From the NCBI RefSeq assembly GCF_022846255.1, contig NZ_AP025682.1: a stretch of 64,000 nt of DNA; one strand, written 5' to 3'. The notes under the pieces were generated by a model that saw nothing but the letters and a program-made list of their open reading frames with translations, made no database searches and had not been told where the DNA came from. A program made the position numbers and the translations under genes. This document shows positions 40,901 to 57,006 of the stretch, in pieces. The DNA comes from Escherichia coli. GTDB taxonomy: Bacteria > Pseudomonadota > Gammaproteobacteria > Enterobacterales > Enterobacteriaceae. How positions within the stretch are numbered: the stretch's first letter is position 1; each line of letters starts with the position of its first letter.

Positions 40901-42205
40901 TTAGAACTGCGATTCTTCGGTGGAGCCGGTCAGCGCGGTAACTGAAGACGTGCCACCTTGAATAATGGTCGTCACTTTATCGAAGTAACCTGTACCCACT
41001 TCCTGCTGGTGAGATACGAAGGTATAGCCATCTTTCGCAGCGGCAAATTCCGGCTGCTGCACTTTCTCAACATAGTGCTTCATACCCTCACCCTGGGCAT
41101 AGGCGTTTGCCAGGTCAAACATGTTGAACCACATGCTGTGGATACCTGCCAGGGTGATGAACTGGAACTTGTAGCCCATATCCGACAGCTGCTGCTGGAA
41201 GCTGGCAATAGTTTTGTCGTCGAGGTTTTTCTGCCAGTTGAACGAAGGCGAGCAGTTATAAGCCAGCAGTTTGCCCGGATATTTCGCGTGGATGGCTTGT
41301 GCAAAGCGACGCGCCAGTTCCAGGTCCGGCGTGGAGGTTTCACACCATACCAGGTCAGCATATGGCGCATACGCCAGGCCACGGCTGATCGCTTGCTCAA
41401 TACCCGCATGAGTACGGAAGAAGCCTTCACTGGTACGCTCGCCAGTAATAAATTCTCTGTCATATGGGTCGCAATCGGAGGTAATCAGATCCGCCGCATC
41501 GGCATCGGTACGAGCAACCAGCAGGGTTGGAACGCCCGTCACATCAGCTGCCAGACGCGCCGCGACCAGTTTCTGAATAGCTTCCTGAGTTGGCACCAAA
41601 ACTTTGCCGCCCATGTGACCACATTTCTTCACTGATGCCAGCTGATCTTCGAAGTGAACTGCCGCTGCACCGGCTTCAATCATCGCTTTCATCAGTTCAA
41701 AGGCATTCAGTACACCGCCAAAACCGGCCTCCGCATCGGCGACGATCGGCAGGAAGTAATCGACATAGTGCGGATCGCCCGGCTCAATGCCCGCGGACCA
41801 TTGGATCTGATCCGCACGGCGGAAAGTATTGTTGATCCGCTCCACCACAGCTGGCACCGAGTTTGCCGGATAGAGCGACTGATCCGGATACATGCTGGCC
41901 GCCAGGTTAGCGTCCGCCGCTACCTGCCATCCCGACAGATAGACTGCTTCAATACCCGCTTTCGCCTGTTGCAGCGCCTGACCGCCAGTCAGTGCACCGA
42001 GGCTGTTGATGTAGCCTTTTTTCGACTCGCCGTGCAGCAGACGCCACATTTTCGCCGCGCCCAGTTGCGCCAGGGTGCATTCCGGATTGACCGAACCGCG
42101 TAATTTCACCACATCTTCCGCGCTGTACGGGCGAGTAATGCCTTCCCAACGCGGTTGAGTCCACTCTTTCTGTAATTCTTCAATTTGTTGTGTACGGGTT
42201 TTCAT
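40901..42205 (-). CDS. aceA: Isocitrate lyase AceA, 434 aa
   Basis: ORF track 40901..42220; start at [38 protein letters not shown]; catalytic KKCGH motif present. Confidence 0.96.
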   Translation of the reverse strand: MKTRTQQIEELQKEWTQPRWEGITRPYSAEDVVKLRGSVNPECTLAQLGAAKMWRLLHGESKKGYINSLGALTGGQALQQAKAGIEAVYLSGWQVAADANLAASMYPDQSLYPANSVPAVVERINNTFRRADQIQWSAGIEPGDPHYVDYFLPIVADAEAGFGGVLNAFELMKAMIEAGAAAVHFEDQLASVKKCGHMGGKVLVPTQEAIQKLVAARLAADVTGVPTLLVARTDADAADLITSDCDPYDREFITGERTSEGFFRTHAGIEQAISRGLAYAPYADLVWCETSTPDLELARRFAQAIHAKYPGKLLAYNCSPSFNWQKNLDDKTIASFQQQLSDMGYKFQFITLAGIHSMWFNMFDLANAYAQGEGMKHYVEKVQQPEFAAAKDGYTFVSHQQEVGTGYFDKVTTIIQGGTSSVTALTGSTEESQF

Positions 42206-42234
42206 GTGCAGATGCTCCATAGTTATGTAGTGGT

Positions 42235-43836
42235 TTACGCTAACAGGCGGTAGCCTGGCAGGGTCAGGAAATCAATTAGCTCATCGGAAGTGGTGATCTG
42301 TTCCATCAAGCGTGCGGCATCGTCAAAACGCCCATGGGAGAAACGTTCTTCGCCCAGTTCGCTGGCAATGACTTTCATCTCTTCGCCCAGCATCTGGCGG
42401 AACAAGGCTTTAGTCACCGGTTTGCCATTGCTCAACGTTTTTTGATGATGGATCCACTGCCAGATTGAGGTACGGGAAATTTCAGCCGTCGCCGCATCTT
42501 CCATCAGGCCATAAATCGGCACACAGCCATTGCCAGAGATCCACGCTTCGATGTACTGCACAGCCACGCGAATGTTGGCGCGCATACCTTCTTCGGTGCG
42601 TTCACCATCACAAGGTGCCAGCAGCTGATCGGCAGTAATCGGCGCGTCTTGTTCGCGCATCACCTCAAGCTGGTTTTTGCGGGAGCCGAGAATATCGTTG
42701 AATACCGCCATTGCCGTATCAGCAAGGCCCGGGTGAGCGATCCATGTGCCATCGTGACCGTTATTGGCTTCCAGCGATTTATCCGCTTTTACTTTGTCGA
42801 GCACCTGGTTATTGCGCTCTTCATCTTTGCTCGGAATAAACGCCGCCATGCCGCCCATCGCAAAAGCACCGCGTTTATGGCAGGTTTTAATCAACAGGCG
42901 TGAGTAAGCATTCAGGAAGGGTTTATCCATCGTCACTGCCTGTCTGTCTGGCAGGACGCGATCGGGATAGTTTTTCAATGTTTTGATATAACTGAAGATG
43001 TAATCCCAGCGACCGCAGTTCAGACCAACAATATGGTCACGCAGCGCGTGAAGGATTTCATCCATCTGGAACACGGCGGGCAGCGTTTCAATCAGCAACG
43101 TCGCCTTGATGGTGCCGCGCGGCAGATTAAAGCGATCTTCTGCATAGCTGAAGACTTCGCTCCACCAGGCCGCTTCCTGCCAGGACTGGGTTTTCGGCAG
43201 ATAGAAATAGGGACCGCTGCCCTTTGCCAACAGTGCCTGATAGTTGTGGAAGAAATAGAGCGCAAAATCAAACAGGCTACCGGGGATTGTCTCACCACGC
43301 CAGGTGACATGTTTTTCCGGCAAGTGCAGACCGCGTACCCGACAAATCAAAACCGCTGGATTGGGCTTGAGCTGATAAATTTTGCCTGCTTCATTGCTAT
43401 AGCTGATGGTGCCGTTAACCGCATCGCGCAGGTTAATTTGCCCATCGATCACTTTGTTCCAGTCTGGTGCCAGTGAATCTTCGAAATCGGCCATAAAGAC
43501 TTTCACATTGGCGTTGAGCGCGTTGATCACCATCTTGCGCTCTACAGGTCCGGTAATCTCTACGCGACGATCTTCTAAGTCCGCAGGAATCCCGCTAATT
43601 TTCCAGTCAGCATCACGAATGGAAGCTGTTTCCGAAATGAAATCAGGCAACGTTCCGTTATCGATATCCTGCTGCTGCTGAATGCGCGCTGCCAGAAGTT
43701 TATTGCGTTGTGGCGTAAAATGCGTCACCAGCTCAGTCAGAAATTCTACCGCTTCGGCAGTAAGAATTTGCTTCTCCTGCTCGCCATACGGCCTTGTAAA
43801 AGCCAGTTCATCGATTGTTGTTGCCTGTTCAGTCAT
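42235..43836 (-). CDS. aceB: Malate synthase A AceB, 533 aa
   Basis: ORF track 42235..43854; start at [40 protein letters not shown]. Confidence 0.95.
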   Translation of the reverse strand: MTEQATTIDELAFTRPYGEQEKQILTAEAVEFLTELVTHFTPQRNKLLAARIQQQQDIDNGTLPDFISETASIRDADWKISGIPADLEDRRVEITGPVERKMVINALNANVKVFMADFEDSLAPDWNKVIDGQINLRDAVNGTISYSNEAGKIYQLKPNPAVLICRVRGLHLPEKHVTWRGETIPGSLFDFALYFFHNYQALLAKGSGPYFYLPKTQSWQEAAWWSEVFSYAEDRFNLPRGTIKATLLIETLPAVFQMDEILHALRDHIVGLNCGRWDYIFSYIKTLKNYPDRVLPDRQAVTMDKPFLNAYSRLLIKTCHKRGAFAMGGMAAFIPSKDEERNNQVLDKVKADKSLEANNGHDGTWIAHPGLADTAMAVFNDILGSRKNQLEVMREQDAPITADQLLAPCDGERTEEGMRANIRVAVQYIEAWISGNGCVPIYGLMEDAATAEISRTSIWQWIHHQKTLSNGKPVTKALFRQMLGEEMKVIASELGEERFSHGRFDDAARLMEQITTSDELIDFLTLPGYRLLA

Positions 43837-44029
43837 CGTGCAGCTCCTCGTCATGGATCCGAAAACTTCCCCACTGTGAACGAAGGATCGTTGTGCGCTT
43901 TTCGTTCAGCACAACTAAGACTACTCATTTAAAATGCAAAATCAAAAACAATTTCCATTTTAATTAAAAATACATGTTAACTTACTGATAACAATATAAA
44001 TAAAATTTATTCACTTGCTGAGGTGTGTT

Positions 44030-44060
44030 TCGGAAATAAAAAAGGCACCCGAAGGTGCCT
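44030..44060 (-). terminator. Rho-independent terminator downstream of metA
   Basis: On minus strand hairpin aggcaccttcgggtgcct followed by ttttttatttcc; lies just past metA stop (44105). Confidence 0.6.
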
Positions 44061-44104
44061 GAGGTAAAGTGCTGAATCGCTTAACGATCGACTATCACAG
44101 AAGA

Positions 44105-45034
44105 TTAATCCAGCGTTGGATTCATGTGCCGTAGATCGTATGGCGTGATCTGGTAGACGTAATAGTTGAGCCAGTTGGTAAACAGCAAATTACCGTGACT
44201 ACGCCAGCTCGCTCGCGGTTTGTTTTGCGGATCATTGTGCGGGAAATAGTTATACGGTACATCCGGATCCAGTCCGGCTTCCACATCGCGGAAAAATTCC
44301 TGCGCCAGCGTTTGCGCATCATATTCGGGATGGCCCGTCACAAAGGCAATTCGCTTATCTTTGCTGGCAAACAGATATGCATCCCCTTCTTCCGTCTCTG
44401 CCAGAATTTCCAGATCGGTGTAATCACGAATCAACGCTGCCGGAAAGTCAGCATAGCGCGAATGCGGTGCCAGGAATGAATCATCAAAGCCACGCGTCAG
44501 AAGCGCATGAGGATGGAGAATATGATGCTCGTAAACGCCAGAGAGTTTGTCGGTGCGGGTTTGCTTAGGAATGCCGTAGAGGATATTGAGCGCGGCCTGT
44601 ACAGCCCAGCAGACAAACAGCGTCGAGGTAACGTGATCTTTCGACCACTCCAGCACCTGTTTGATCTGCGGCCAGTAAGCGACATCATTAAACTCCACCA
44701 GGCCCAGCGGCGCGCCGGTAACTATCAGACCGTCAAAGTTTTGTTCCTGAATATCTTCAAAGTTACAGTAGAAGTTATTCAGATGCTCTGCGGGCGTGTT
44801 GCGCGATTCACGGGAATCGATGCGCAACAGCTGAATATCGACCTGCAAAGGTGAGTTTGAAAGCAGGCGCAGAAACTGATTTTCAGTTTCGATCTTCTTC
44901 GGCATCAGGTTAAGGATAAGCACCTTTAGCGGACGAATTTCCTGACCAGACGCGCGAGAAGTTGTCATCACAAAGACGTTTTCTTCACGCAAGAAATTGA
45001 CGGCGGGTAGCTCGTCCGGCACACGAATCGGCAT
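44105..45034 (-). CDS. metA: Homoserine O-succinyltransferase MetA, 309 aa
   Basis: Translation [89 protein letters not shown]. Confidence 0.96.
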   Translation of the reverse strand: MPIRVPDELPAVNFLREENVFVMTTSRASGQEIRPLKVLILNLMPKKIETENQFLRLLSNSPLQVDIQLLRIDSRESRNTPAEHLNNFYCNFEDIQEQNFDGLIVTGAPLGLVEFNDVAYWPQIKQVLEWSKDHVTSTLFVCWAVQAALNILYGIPKQTRTDKLSGVYEHHILHPHALLTRGFDDSFLAPHSRYADFPAALIRDYTDLEILAETEEGDAYLFASKDKRIAFVTGHPEYDAQTLAQEFFRDVEAGLDPDVPYNYFPHNDPQNKPRASWRSHGNLLFTNWLNYYVYQITPYDLRHMNPTLD

Positions 45035-45190
45035 AACCTGATTACCTCACTACATACGCTTATACGTTTAGACATCCAGATAGCTGAAGATAACCAGAAA
45101 ATTTACCAATGTCGAGCCTGCATGTTGAAGGTGAGAAAGTTTCAAGGAAAAGGCTACGTTAGAATATAAGAATGACGAAAAGGAGAGAAA

Positions 45191-45634
45191 ATGGTTATTA
45201 GTATTCGCCGCTCACGGCATGAGGAGGGGGAGGAACTCGTTGCGATTTGGTGTCGTTCTGTCGATGCCACTCACGATTTTTTATCAGCAGAGTATCGGGC
45301 CGAGCTGGAAGAGCTGGTGCATTCCTTTCTGCCGGAAGCACCGTTGTGGGTCGCGGTTAATGAGCGGGATCAGCCGGTTGGGTTTATGTTGTTAAGTGGG
45401 CAGCATATGGATGCGCTGTTTATCGATCCTGATGTGCGCGGCTGCGGCGTGGGCCGGATGCTGGTGAAGCATGCGCTCTCAATGGCCCCGGAACTGACAA
45501 CCAATGTTAATGAGCAAAATGAGCAGGCGGTTGGGTTCTATAAGAAGGTGGGCTTTAAGGTTACGGAACGCTCTGAGGTGGACGATTTGGGGAAACCGTA
45601 TCCGTTGCTGAATCTGGCATATGTGGGGGAATAA
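45191..45634 (+). CDS. yjaB: GNAT-family N-acetyltransferase YjaB, 147 aa
   Basis: GNAT acetyl-CoA binding motif (RGCGVGRMLVKHAL), size 147 aa, position next to metA. Confidence 0.85.
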   Translation: MVISIRRSRHEEGEELVAIWCRSVDATHDFLSAEYRAELEELVHSFLPEAPLWVAVNERDQPVGFMLLSGQHMDALFIDPDVRGCGVGRMLVKHALSMAPELTTNVNEQNEQAVGFYKKVGFKVTERSEVDDLGKPYPLLNLAYVGE

Positions 45635-45679
45635 GCTGCCCCCTATCGTGCTATCGTGCCTGCGTAAGCTGGAGCAGAC

Positions 45680-45744
45680 GCGCCAGCGTCGCAGCCGGCC
45701 TTTTTCTGCACCAGCGCAAAAAGGCCATCCTGACGGATGGCCTT
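45680..45744. terminator. Convergent terminator region between yjaB and rrfE (rrn operon terminator on minus strand; T-run after GC-rich segment on plus strand)
   Basis: Minus-strand hairpin aaggccatccgtcaggatggcctt followed by tttttgcgc, immediately 3' of 5S rRNA; plus strand ccggcc + ttttt after yjaB. Confidence 0.55.
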
Positions 45745-45756
45745 CTGCTTAATTTG

Positions 45757-45876
45757 ATGCCTGGCAGTTCCCTACTCTCGCATGGGGAGACCCCACACTA
45801 CCATCGGCGCTACGGCGTTTCACTTCTGAGTTCGGCATGGGGTCAGGTGGGACCACCGCGCTACGGCCGCCAGGCA
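45757..45876 (-). rRNA. rrfE: 5S ribosomal RNA (rrfE-type)
   Basis: Reverse complement reads TGCCTGGCGGCCGTAGCGCGGTGGTCCCACCTGACCCCATGCCGAACTCAGAAGTGAAACGCCGTAGCGCCGATGGTAGTGTGGGGTCTCCCCATGCGAGAGTAGGGAACTGCCAGGCAT, the E. coli 5S sequence. Confidence 0.96.
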
Positions 45877-45974
45877 AATTCTGTTTTATCAACACGTCTC
45901 GTTATGACCTGTCGATTTAATCTGTATCAGGCTGAAAATCTTCTCTCTATCCGCCAAAACATCTTCGGCGTTGT

Positions 45975-48879
<2,905 letters not shown>

Positions 48880-49072
48880 TCACAACCCGAAGATGTTTCT
48901 TGCGATTCATCATCGTGTTGCGAAAATTTGAGAGACTCACGAACAACTCTCGTTGTTCAGTGTTTCAATTTTCAGCTTGATCCAGATTTTTAAAGAGCAA
49001 ATATCTCAAACATCACCCGAAGATGAGTTTTGAGATATTAAGGCAGGTGACTTTCACTCACAAACCAGCAAG

Positions 49073-49148
49073 TGGCGTCCCCTAGGGGATTCGAACCCCT
49101 GTTACCGCCGTGAAAGGGCGGTGTCCTGGGCCTCTAGACGAAGGGGAC
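49073..49148 (-). tRNA. gltV: tRNA-Glu (UUC) in 16S-23S spacer
   Basis: Reverse complement reads GTCCCCTTCGTCTAGAGGCCCAGGACACCGCCCTTTCACGGCGGTAACAGGGGTTCGAATCCCCTAGGGGACGCCA. Confidence 0.96.
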
Positions 49149-49233
49149 GTATCAGTCTGCTTCGCAAGACGCCTTGCTTTTCACTTTCTATCAGACAATC
49201 TGTGTGAGCACTTCAAAGTACGCTTCTTTAAGG

Positions 49234-50775
<1,542 letters not shown>

Positions 50776-50954
50776 AAAAGTTTGATGCTCATGAATTAAA
50801 CTTCGTAATGAATTACGTGTTCACTCAGAGACTTGGTATTCATTTTTCGTCTTGCGACGTCAAGAATCCGTATCTTCGAGTGCCCACACAGATTGTCTGA
50901 TAAATTGTTAAAGAGCAGTTGCGACGCGGCTTTCAGCTCACTGTCGCGAGGTGG

Positions 50955-50986
50955 CGTATATTACGCTTTCCTCTTTCAGAGTCAAC
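50955..50986 (-). promoter_or_regulatory. rrn P2 promoter
   Basis: Minus strand reads TTGACTctgaaagaggaaagcgTAATATacgcc (-35 TTGACT, -10 TAATAT). Confidence 0.7.
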
Positions 50987-51063
50987 CCTGAATTTCAGGA
51001 TTTTTCTCTTCAACCGAACCGGCTGTTTGTGTGAAGTGATTCACATCCGCCGTGTCGATGGAG

Positions 51064-51096
51064 GCGCATTATAGGGAGTTCTCCGCAGGCCGCAAT
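51064..51096 (-). promoter_or_regulatory. rrn P1 promoter with GC-rich discriminator; AT-rich UP-element-like tract upstream (to about 51125)
   Basis: Minus strand reads TTGCGGcctgcggagaactcccTATAATgcgcctcc preceded by tcatttttctgcaatttttctat. Confidence 0.7.
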
Positions 51097-51266
51097 AGAA
51101 AAATTGCAGAAAAATGACTGACTGCTGCATTCCCCAGCAAAACCCCGCTTTATACCTTTTTACGCACAGAGTTATCCACAATCATCAATGTAATTTCTGT
51201 ATTTTTCCCACGGTAAACACTGTCAAAATTGTGATCACCATTGAAAGAGAAAAATTCGCGAGCGTT

Positions 51267-51282
51267 GCGCAAACGTTTTCGT
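51267..51282 (+). promoter_or_regulatory. PurR operator (PUR box) upstream of purHD
   Basis: gcgcaaacgttttcgt matches PUR box consensus ACGCAAACGTTTTCGT at 15 of 16 positions. Confidence 0.75.
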
Positions 51283-51389
51283 TACAATGCGGGCGAAAAA
51301 TAAGGATGCCCCGTTAGGGGCGTTAGCTGAGTTTTTCGCGAAAAATTCAGCTAACGCTCTCTGTAATAGTCAAATCCAGGGGATTTACC

Positions 51390-52979
51390 ATGCAACAACG
51401 TCGTCCAGTCCGCCGCGCTCTGCTCAGTGTTTCTGACAAAGCCGGTATCGTCGAATTCGCCCAGGCACTTTCCGCACGCGGTGTGGAGCTGCTGTCTACA
51501 GGGGGCACTGCCCGTCTGTTAGCAGAAAAAGGTCTGCCGGTAACCGAAGTTTCCGATTACACCGGTTTCCCGGAGATGATGGATGGACGCGTGAAGACCC
51601 TGCATCCGAAAGTACATGGTGGCATTCTGGGCCGTCGCGGCCAGGACGATACCATTATGGAAGAACATCAGATCCAGCCTATCGATATGGTGGTTGTTAA
51701 CCTGTATCCGTTCGCCCAGACCGTTGCTCGTGAAGGCTGCTCGCTGGAAGATGCGGTTGAGAACATCGATATCGGCGGCCCGACGATGGTGCGCTCTGCC
51801 GCCAAGAACCATAAAGATGTCGCCATCGTGGTGAAGAGCAGCGACTACGACGCCATTATTAAAGAGATGGATGCCAACGAAGGATCGCTGACGCTTGCAA
51901 CCCGTTTCGACCTCGCTATCAAAGCCTTTGAACATACCGCCGCCTACGACAGCATGATTGCCAACTACTTCGGCAGCATGGTCCCAGCCTATCACGGTGA
52001 AAGCAAAGAAGCCGCCGGTCGCTTCCCACGCACGCTGAACCTGAACTTCATTAAGAAGCAGGATATGCGTTACGGCGAGAACAGCCACCAGCAGGCTGCC
52101 TTCTATATAGAAGAGAATGTAAAAGAAGCCTCCGTTGCTACCGCAACCCAGGTTCAGGGTAAAGCCCTCTCTTATAACAACATCGCCGATACCGATGCGG
52201 CGCTGGAGTGCGTGAAAGAGTTCGCCGAGCCGGCATGTGTGATTGTGAAGCACGCCAACCCTTGCGGCGTGGCTATCGGCAATTCCATTCTTGATGCTTA
52301 CGATCGCGCGTACAAAACCGACCCGACCTCCGCGTTCGGCGGCATTATCGCCTTTAACCGCGAGCTGGATGCGGAAACCGCGCAGGCCATCATTTCTCGT
52401 CAGTTCGTCGAAGTGATTATTGCGCCGTCCGCCAGCGAAGAAGCACTGAAAATCACCGCCGCCAAGCAGAACGTACGCGTTCTGACCTGCGGTCAGTGGG
52501 GCGAGCGTGTTCCGGGTCTTGATTTCAAACGAGTTAACGGCGGTCTGCTGGTTCAGGATCGCGATCTGGGCATGGTCGGCGCGGAAGAACTGCGCGTCGT
52601 CACCAAACGTCAGCCGACTGAACAAGAGCTGCGTGATGCGCTGTTCTGCTGGAAAGTGGCGAAGTTCGTGAAATCCAACGCCATCGTCTATGCCAAAAAC
52701 AATATGACCATCGGCATTGGCGCGGGCCAGATGAGCCGCGTGTACTCCGCAAAAATCGCCGGTATTAAAGCCGCCGATGAAGGTCTGGAAGTGAAAGGTT
52801 CCTCAATGGCTTCTGACGCGTTCTTCCCGTTCCGCGACGGTATTGATGCCGCCGCCGCTGCGGGCGTGACCTGCGTAATCCAGCCTGGCGGTTCTATCCG
52901 TGATGACGAAGTGATTGCCGCCGCCGACGAGCACGGTATTGCGATGCTCTTCACCGACATGCGCCACTTCCGCCATTAA
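51390..52979 (+). CDS. purH: Bifunctional AICAR transformylase / IMP cyclohydrolase PurH, 529 aa
   Basis: Translation [87 protein letters not shown]. Confidence 0.96.
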   Translation: MQQRRPVRRALLSVSDKAGIVEFAQALSARGVELLSTGGTARLLAEKGLPVTEVSDYTGFPEMMDGRVKTLHPKVHGGILGRRGQDDTIMEEHQIQPIDMVVVNLYPFAQTVAREGCSLEDAVENIDIGGPTMVRSAAKNHKDVAIVVKSSDYDAIIKEMDANEGSLTLATRFDLAIKAFEHTAAYDSMIANYFGSMVPAYHGESKEAAGRFPRTLNLNFIKKQDMRYGENSHQQAAFYIEENVKEASVATATQVQGKALSYNNIADTDAALECVKEFAEPACVIVKHANPCGVAIGNSILDAYDRAYKTDPTSAFGGIIAFNRELDAETAQAIISRQFVEVIIAPSASEEALKITAAKQNVRVLTCGQWGERVPGLDFKRVNGGLLVQDRDLGMVGAEELRVVTKRQPTEQELRDALFCWKVAKFVKSNAIVYAKNNMTIGIGAGQMSRVYSAKIAGIKAADEGLEVKGSSMASDAFFPFRDGIDAAAAAGVTCVIQPGGSIRDDEVIAAADEHGIAMLFTDMRHFRH

Positions 52980-52990
52980 TGGAGCGACAG

Positions 52991-54280
52991 ATGAAAGTAT
53001 TAGTGATTGGTAACGGCGGGCGCGAGCACGCGCTGGCCTGGAAAGCGGCACAGTCGCCGCTGGTTGAGACTGTTTTTGTTGCTCCGGGTAACGCAGGCAC
53101 TGCGCTGGAGCCTGCACTGCAAAACGTCGCTATCGGCGTAACCGATATCCCGGCGCTGCTGGATTTCGCACAAAACGAAAAGATCGATCTAACCATCGTC
53201 GGCCCGGAAGCGCCGCTGGTGAAAGGCGTGGTCGATACCTTCCGCGCCGCCGGGCTAAAAATCTTCGGCCCAACCGCAGGCGCCGCGCAACTGGAAGGCT
53301 CGAAAGCGTTTACCAAGGATTTCCTGGCCCGCCATAAGATCCCTACGGCGGAATACCAGAACTTCACCGAGGTCGAACCTGCGCTGGCGTATCTGCGTGA
53401 AAAAGGCGCGCCAATCGTCATTAAAGCGGACGGTCTGGCTGCTGGGAAAGGCGTGATCGTGGCGATGACGCTCGCAGAAGCCGAAGCCGCCGTTCACGAC
53501 ATGCTGGCGGGCAATGCGTTTGGCGATGCGGGCCATCGCATCGTCATCGAAGAATTCCTCGACGGCGAAGAAGCCAGTTTCATCGTGATGGTGGACGGCG
53601 AGCATGTGCTGCCGATGGCCACCAGCCAGGATCACAAACGCGTAGGCGATAAAGATACCGGACCAAACACGGGCGGGATGGGCGCTTACTCCCCTGCGCC
53701 AGTAGTGACCGATGAGGTTCATCAGCGCACGATGGAGCGTATCATCTGGCCAACCGTGAAAGGCATGGCGGCGGAAGGCAACACCTACACTGGTTTTCTC
53801 TACGCGGGCCTGATGATCGACAAACAGGGCAATCCGAAGGTTATTGAATTTAACTGCCGCTTTGGCGATCCGGAAACCCAGCCGATTATGCTGCGCATGA
53901 AGTCCGATCTGGTTGAGCTCTGCCTGGCGGCCTGTGAAGGCAAGCTGGACGAGAAAACGTCCGAGTGGGATGAACGCGCTTCTCTCGGCGTGGTGATGGC
54001 TGCGGGTGGATATCCGGGCGATTACCGCACCGGCGATGTGATCCACGGCCTGCCGCTGGAAGAAGTGGCAGACGGCAAAGTGTTCCACGCGGGCACGAAA
54101 CTAGCGGATGACGAGCAGGTAGTGACCAGCGGCGGGCGCGTACTGTGCGTTACCGCGCTGGGTCATACCGTGGCAGAAGCGCAGAAACGCGCTTATGCCT
54201 TAATGACCGATATCCATTGGGACGACTGCTTCTGCCGGAAAGATATCGGCTGGCGCGCTATCGAACGCGAGCAGAACTAA
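52991..54280 (+). CDS. purD: Phosphoribosylamine-glycine ligase PurD, 429 aa
   Basis: ORF track 52979..54280; start at MKVLVIGNGGREHALAWKAAQSPLVETVFVAPGNAGTA; ATP-grasp fold. Confidence 0.95.
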   Translation: MKVLVIGNGGREHALAWKAAQSPLVETVFVAPGNAGTALEPALQNVAIGVTDIPALLDFAQNEKIDLTIVGPEAPLVKGVVDTFRAAGLKIFGPTAGAAQLEGSKAFTKDFLARHKIPTAEYQNFTEVEPALAYLREKGAPIVIKADGLAAGKGVIVAMTLAEAEAAVHDMLAGNAFGDAGHRIVIEEFLDGEEASFIVMVDGEHVLPMATSQDHKRVGDKDTGPNTGGMGAYSPAPVVTDEVHQRTMERIIWPTVKGMAAEGNTYTGFLYAGLMIDKQGNPKVIEFNCRFGDPETQPIMLRMKSDLVELCLAACEGKLDEKTSEWDERASLGVVMAAGGYPGDYRTGDVIHGLPLEEVADGKVFHAGTKLADDEQVVTSGGRVLCVTALGHTVAEAQKRAYALMTDIHWDDCFCRKDIGWRAIEREQN

Positions 54281-55602
54281 CGCGACAGTTTTGCCAATAG
54301 CGTTTTGCGCGTGATCCCTAACTGGCGGGCGGCTTCGGTTTTGTTGCCGCCCGTTTTCTCCAGCGCCGCCAGAATCACCTCTTTTTCGACTTCCACCAGC
54401 GGCTGAATATCCTGACTTTGTACCAGCGGGATCGGCGTACTGGCAATCGCCAGCGGCAGCTCGCGTTCGGAAATATATTCCCCGGTCAGCAGCACCACCG
54501 CCCGTTCCACCGCGTTTTCCAGTTCACGAATATTTCCCGGCCAGTCGTAATGAATCAGCAGATCCATCGCCTGGGGCGTAAAGCCTTTTACCGCCTTGCG
54601 ATTACGTTCGGCAAAGCGCTGAAGAAAATGGCCAGCCAGCAGAGGAATATCTTCCCGCCGTTGCCGCAGCGATGGTACTTCAATCGCCACCACGTTCAGC
54701 CGATAGTAGAGATCCTGGCGAAAACGCCCGGCATTCACCTCTGCGGCAAGATCGCGATGGGTTGCCGCAATCAGCCGGACATCAACCGAAATAGTCTGGT
54801 TGCTACCGACACGCTGAACTTCGCGCTCCTGAATCGCACGTAGCAGACGCACCTGCATCATCGGCGAGATATCGCCAATTTCATCGAGAAACAACGTGCC
54901 GCCGTCCGCCTCAACAAAGCGCCCTTCCCGGCGTTTGTCGGCCCCGGTAAACGCCCCTTTTTCGTGACCGAACAATTCAGACTCCAGCAAGGATTCGTTG
55001 AGCGCCGCGCAGTTGAGCGTTACCAGCGGTTTTTCGCTACGTGCGCTACTGGCGTGAATCGCCCTGGCGACCAGCTCTTTACCGGTGCCGGAATCGCCGT
55101 GGATCAGCACCGTGGCTTCCGATGGCGCGACGAGGGCGATTTCACTGAGCAGGTGTTGCATCGCCGGGCTTTTACCGACCATACCGAACTGGCTGGCAGA
55201 CACCGCAGGCGTTTCAGCGTCAACACTGTGTGTATGCGCGAGCGCCTTTTCCAGCGTCGCCTGTAGGTTATCGAAATCCAGCGGCTTGATGAGATAATCC
55301 AGCGCCCCGGTTTTCAACGCCTCTACCGCCGTCTCGACGCTGGAGTACGCGGTCATAATCAGCACCGGAATCGCGGGGTTTAATGTTTTGATCTCTTTTA
55401 GCGTGGCGATGCCGTCCATCTCTGCCATTCGCACATCGCAAAGCACAAGATCAAAAACCTGTTCCCGCACCTGCTCCAGCGCCTGTCGCCCGCTGTTCGC
55501 CAGCGCGACGTTATAGCCCCAGCCGCGCAGCAAAGCCTGCAAAATAGTGCAGTGGCTAATGTCATCATCCACCACCAGAATATCGATATTATCGTGCGTC
55601 AT
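54277..55602 (-). CDS. zraR: Sigma-54-dependent response regulator ZraR (HydG), 441 aa
   Basis: Receiver domain (DILVVDDD...D54-like), AAA+ sigma54-activation domain with GAFTGA motif (EKGAFTGA) and C-terminal HTH; overlaps zraS stop by 4 nt. Confidence 0.93.
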   Translation of the reverse strand: MTHDNIDILVVDDDISHCTILQALLRGWGYNVALANSGRQALEQVREQVFDLVLCDVRMAEMDGIATLKEIKTLNPAIPVLIMTAYSSVETAVEALKTGALDYLIKPLDFDNLQATLEKALAHTHSVDAETPAVSASQFGMVGKSPAMQHLLSEIALVAPSEATVLIHGDSGTGKELVARAIHASSARSEKPLVTLNCAALNESLLESELFGHEKGAFTGADKRREGRFVEADGGTLFLDEIGDISPMMQVRLLRAIQEREVQRVGSNQTISVDVRLIAATHRDLAAEVNAGRFRQDLYYRLNVVAIEVPSLRQRREDIPLLAGHFLQRFAERNRKAVKGFTPQAMDLLIHYDWPGNIRELENAVERAVVLLTGEYISERELPLAIASTPIPLVQSQDIQPLVEVEKEVILAALEKTGGNKTEAARQLGITRKTLLAKLSR

Positions 55603-56975
55603 CCTTGTGGGTCCTTACGCGTAATAGTGACCGGAAGCCAGAGGGTGAACGTTGCGCCTTTTCCCTCCTGGCTTGCGACCTGAATTGTACCACCGTGTTG
55701 TTCAACAATATTATGCACGACCGCCAGCCCCAGTCCGGTGCCTTCGGCTTTGGTGGTGAAGTACGGAGTGAAGATGGCTTCAAGCTGATCTGCCGCAATT
55801 CCCTTACCGCTGTCGGTAACGCTGATTTTCACACCCGTGCCGCTTTCGCTGGCCGTCACGCTAATCACGCCATGCTGACCAATCGCCTGAATAGCATTGA
55901 GATAGAGATTCAACAGGACCTGAGTCAGCCTGTCCGGATCGGCCTGAATTTCCGGTAATGTGTCGTTGGCGGTAAAGCGTAACTGGATCTCCCGGCTGTT
56001 TGCATCCTGGCTTACCAGCTGTAATGAGTGGTTAATCAGCGTGTTGAGATCCACCGCCTGCAAAGCCAGATGCGTTGGCTTAACCAGTTCCAGCAACTCG
56101 CTTACCACGCGGTTTAAACGGTCGGCTTCTTTCGCCATCACCTGCGCCAGTTGATGCGCTTCTCCCCCTGCTGGCGCGCGTTCGGCAAAGTATTTCGCCA
56201 GCCCTTTAATCGAGGAAAGTGGGTTACGGATTTCGTGGGCAACACCTGCCGCAAGATGCCCCAGCGCCACCAGCTTCTCTTTGCGCTTCATTTCATCTTG
56301 CAACAACTGGCGCGAGCGCAGATAGCGACGATACCAGAAGAATGACAACACGCTTGCCAGCAAGACCGTCGCCAGGGCGAAGAGGATAATCAGGGTGTTT
56401 CTCTGCTCACGATCTTCGGCACTCACAATATTACTGGCGTCGAAAGCGATGAAAATTGCTTGTGGTGTCGCGGCATACTGCTGCATATGGCGCATCCGGT
56501 GCATTCCAGCAGCAAACATCGGTTGAAACTGGCGATAAATTTCCAGAACAGGCTCACCGTCTGCGCTATCGATCCGCCGCCACCCTTCTTCATCTCCCGG
56601 ATGTAACTGCTGCATTTCCTGCGGGGAATAAAGCTGTTTTCCCACCATGCCGGAGTTGCTATGCATCACGATTGTTCCTTGTTCATCCGTGACCGCAAAC
56701 CAACGTACTCCAGGCTGCCCGGCCATTTCTTCCAGTAATGCCTGCTGCTGCGCATGATGCATGCGCATCCCCATGCCGACGCGCGAGCCGGATTCGAGAG
56801 CACGGATAAGTACACTGCCTTTTTCCAGCAGCGTTTGTCTGGCGGCTGCAGTCTCGCGCCCGTAATCGCGAATCACTGTCACCGCAAACAGCCCCACCAG
56901 CCCAACAATGACCACGGGGAGGATCGCGCTTAACCATTTAGCTAAAGAGTCTTTAGAACGTTGCATAAAACGCAT
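55599..56975 (-). CDS. zraS: Sensor histidine kinase ZraS (HydH), 458 aa
   Basis: Two TM segments flanking a periplasmic domain, H-box (AAGVAHEIRNPLSSIKG) and HATPase_c G-boxes (DSGKGI, GTGLGLAVV). Confidence 0.9.
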   Translation of the reverse strand: MRFMQRSKDSLAKWLSAILPVVIVGLVGLFAVTVIRDYGRETAAARQTLLEKGSVLIRALESGSRVGMGMRMHHAQQQALLEEMAGQPGVRWFAVTDEQGTIVMHSNSGMVGKQLYSPQEMQQLHPGDEEGWRRIDSADGEPVLEIYRQFQPMFAAGMHRMRHMQQYAATPQAIFIAFDASNIVSAEDREQRNTLIILFALATVLLASVLSFFWYRRYLRSRQLLQDEMKRKEKLVALGHLAAGVAHEIRNPLSSIKGLAKYFAERAPAGGEAHQLAQVMAKEADRLNRVVSELLELVKPTHLALQAVDLNTLINHSLQLVSQDANSREIQLRFTANDTLPEIQADPDRLTQVLLNLYLNAIQAIGQHGVISVTASESGTGVKISVTDSGKGIAADQLEAIFTPYFTTKAEGTGLGLAVVHNIVEQHGGTIQVASQEGKGATFTLWLPVTITRKDPQG

Positions 56976-57006
56976 CTTCTTCTTTGCCTGCTCATCCCTT
57001 TCTGAC

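Noticed and set aside
51519-52625. 368-aa ORF antisense to purH (and 53255..54088 antisense to purD)
   Set aside because: Both are long open antisense frames within conserved purine genes; no RBS or conservation argument
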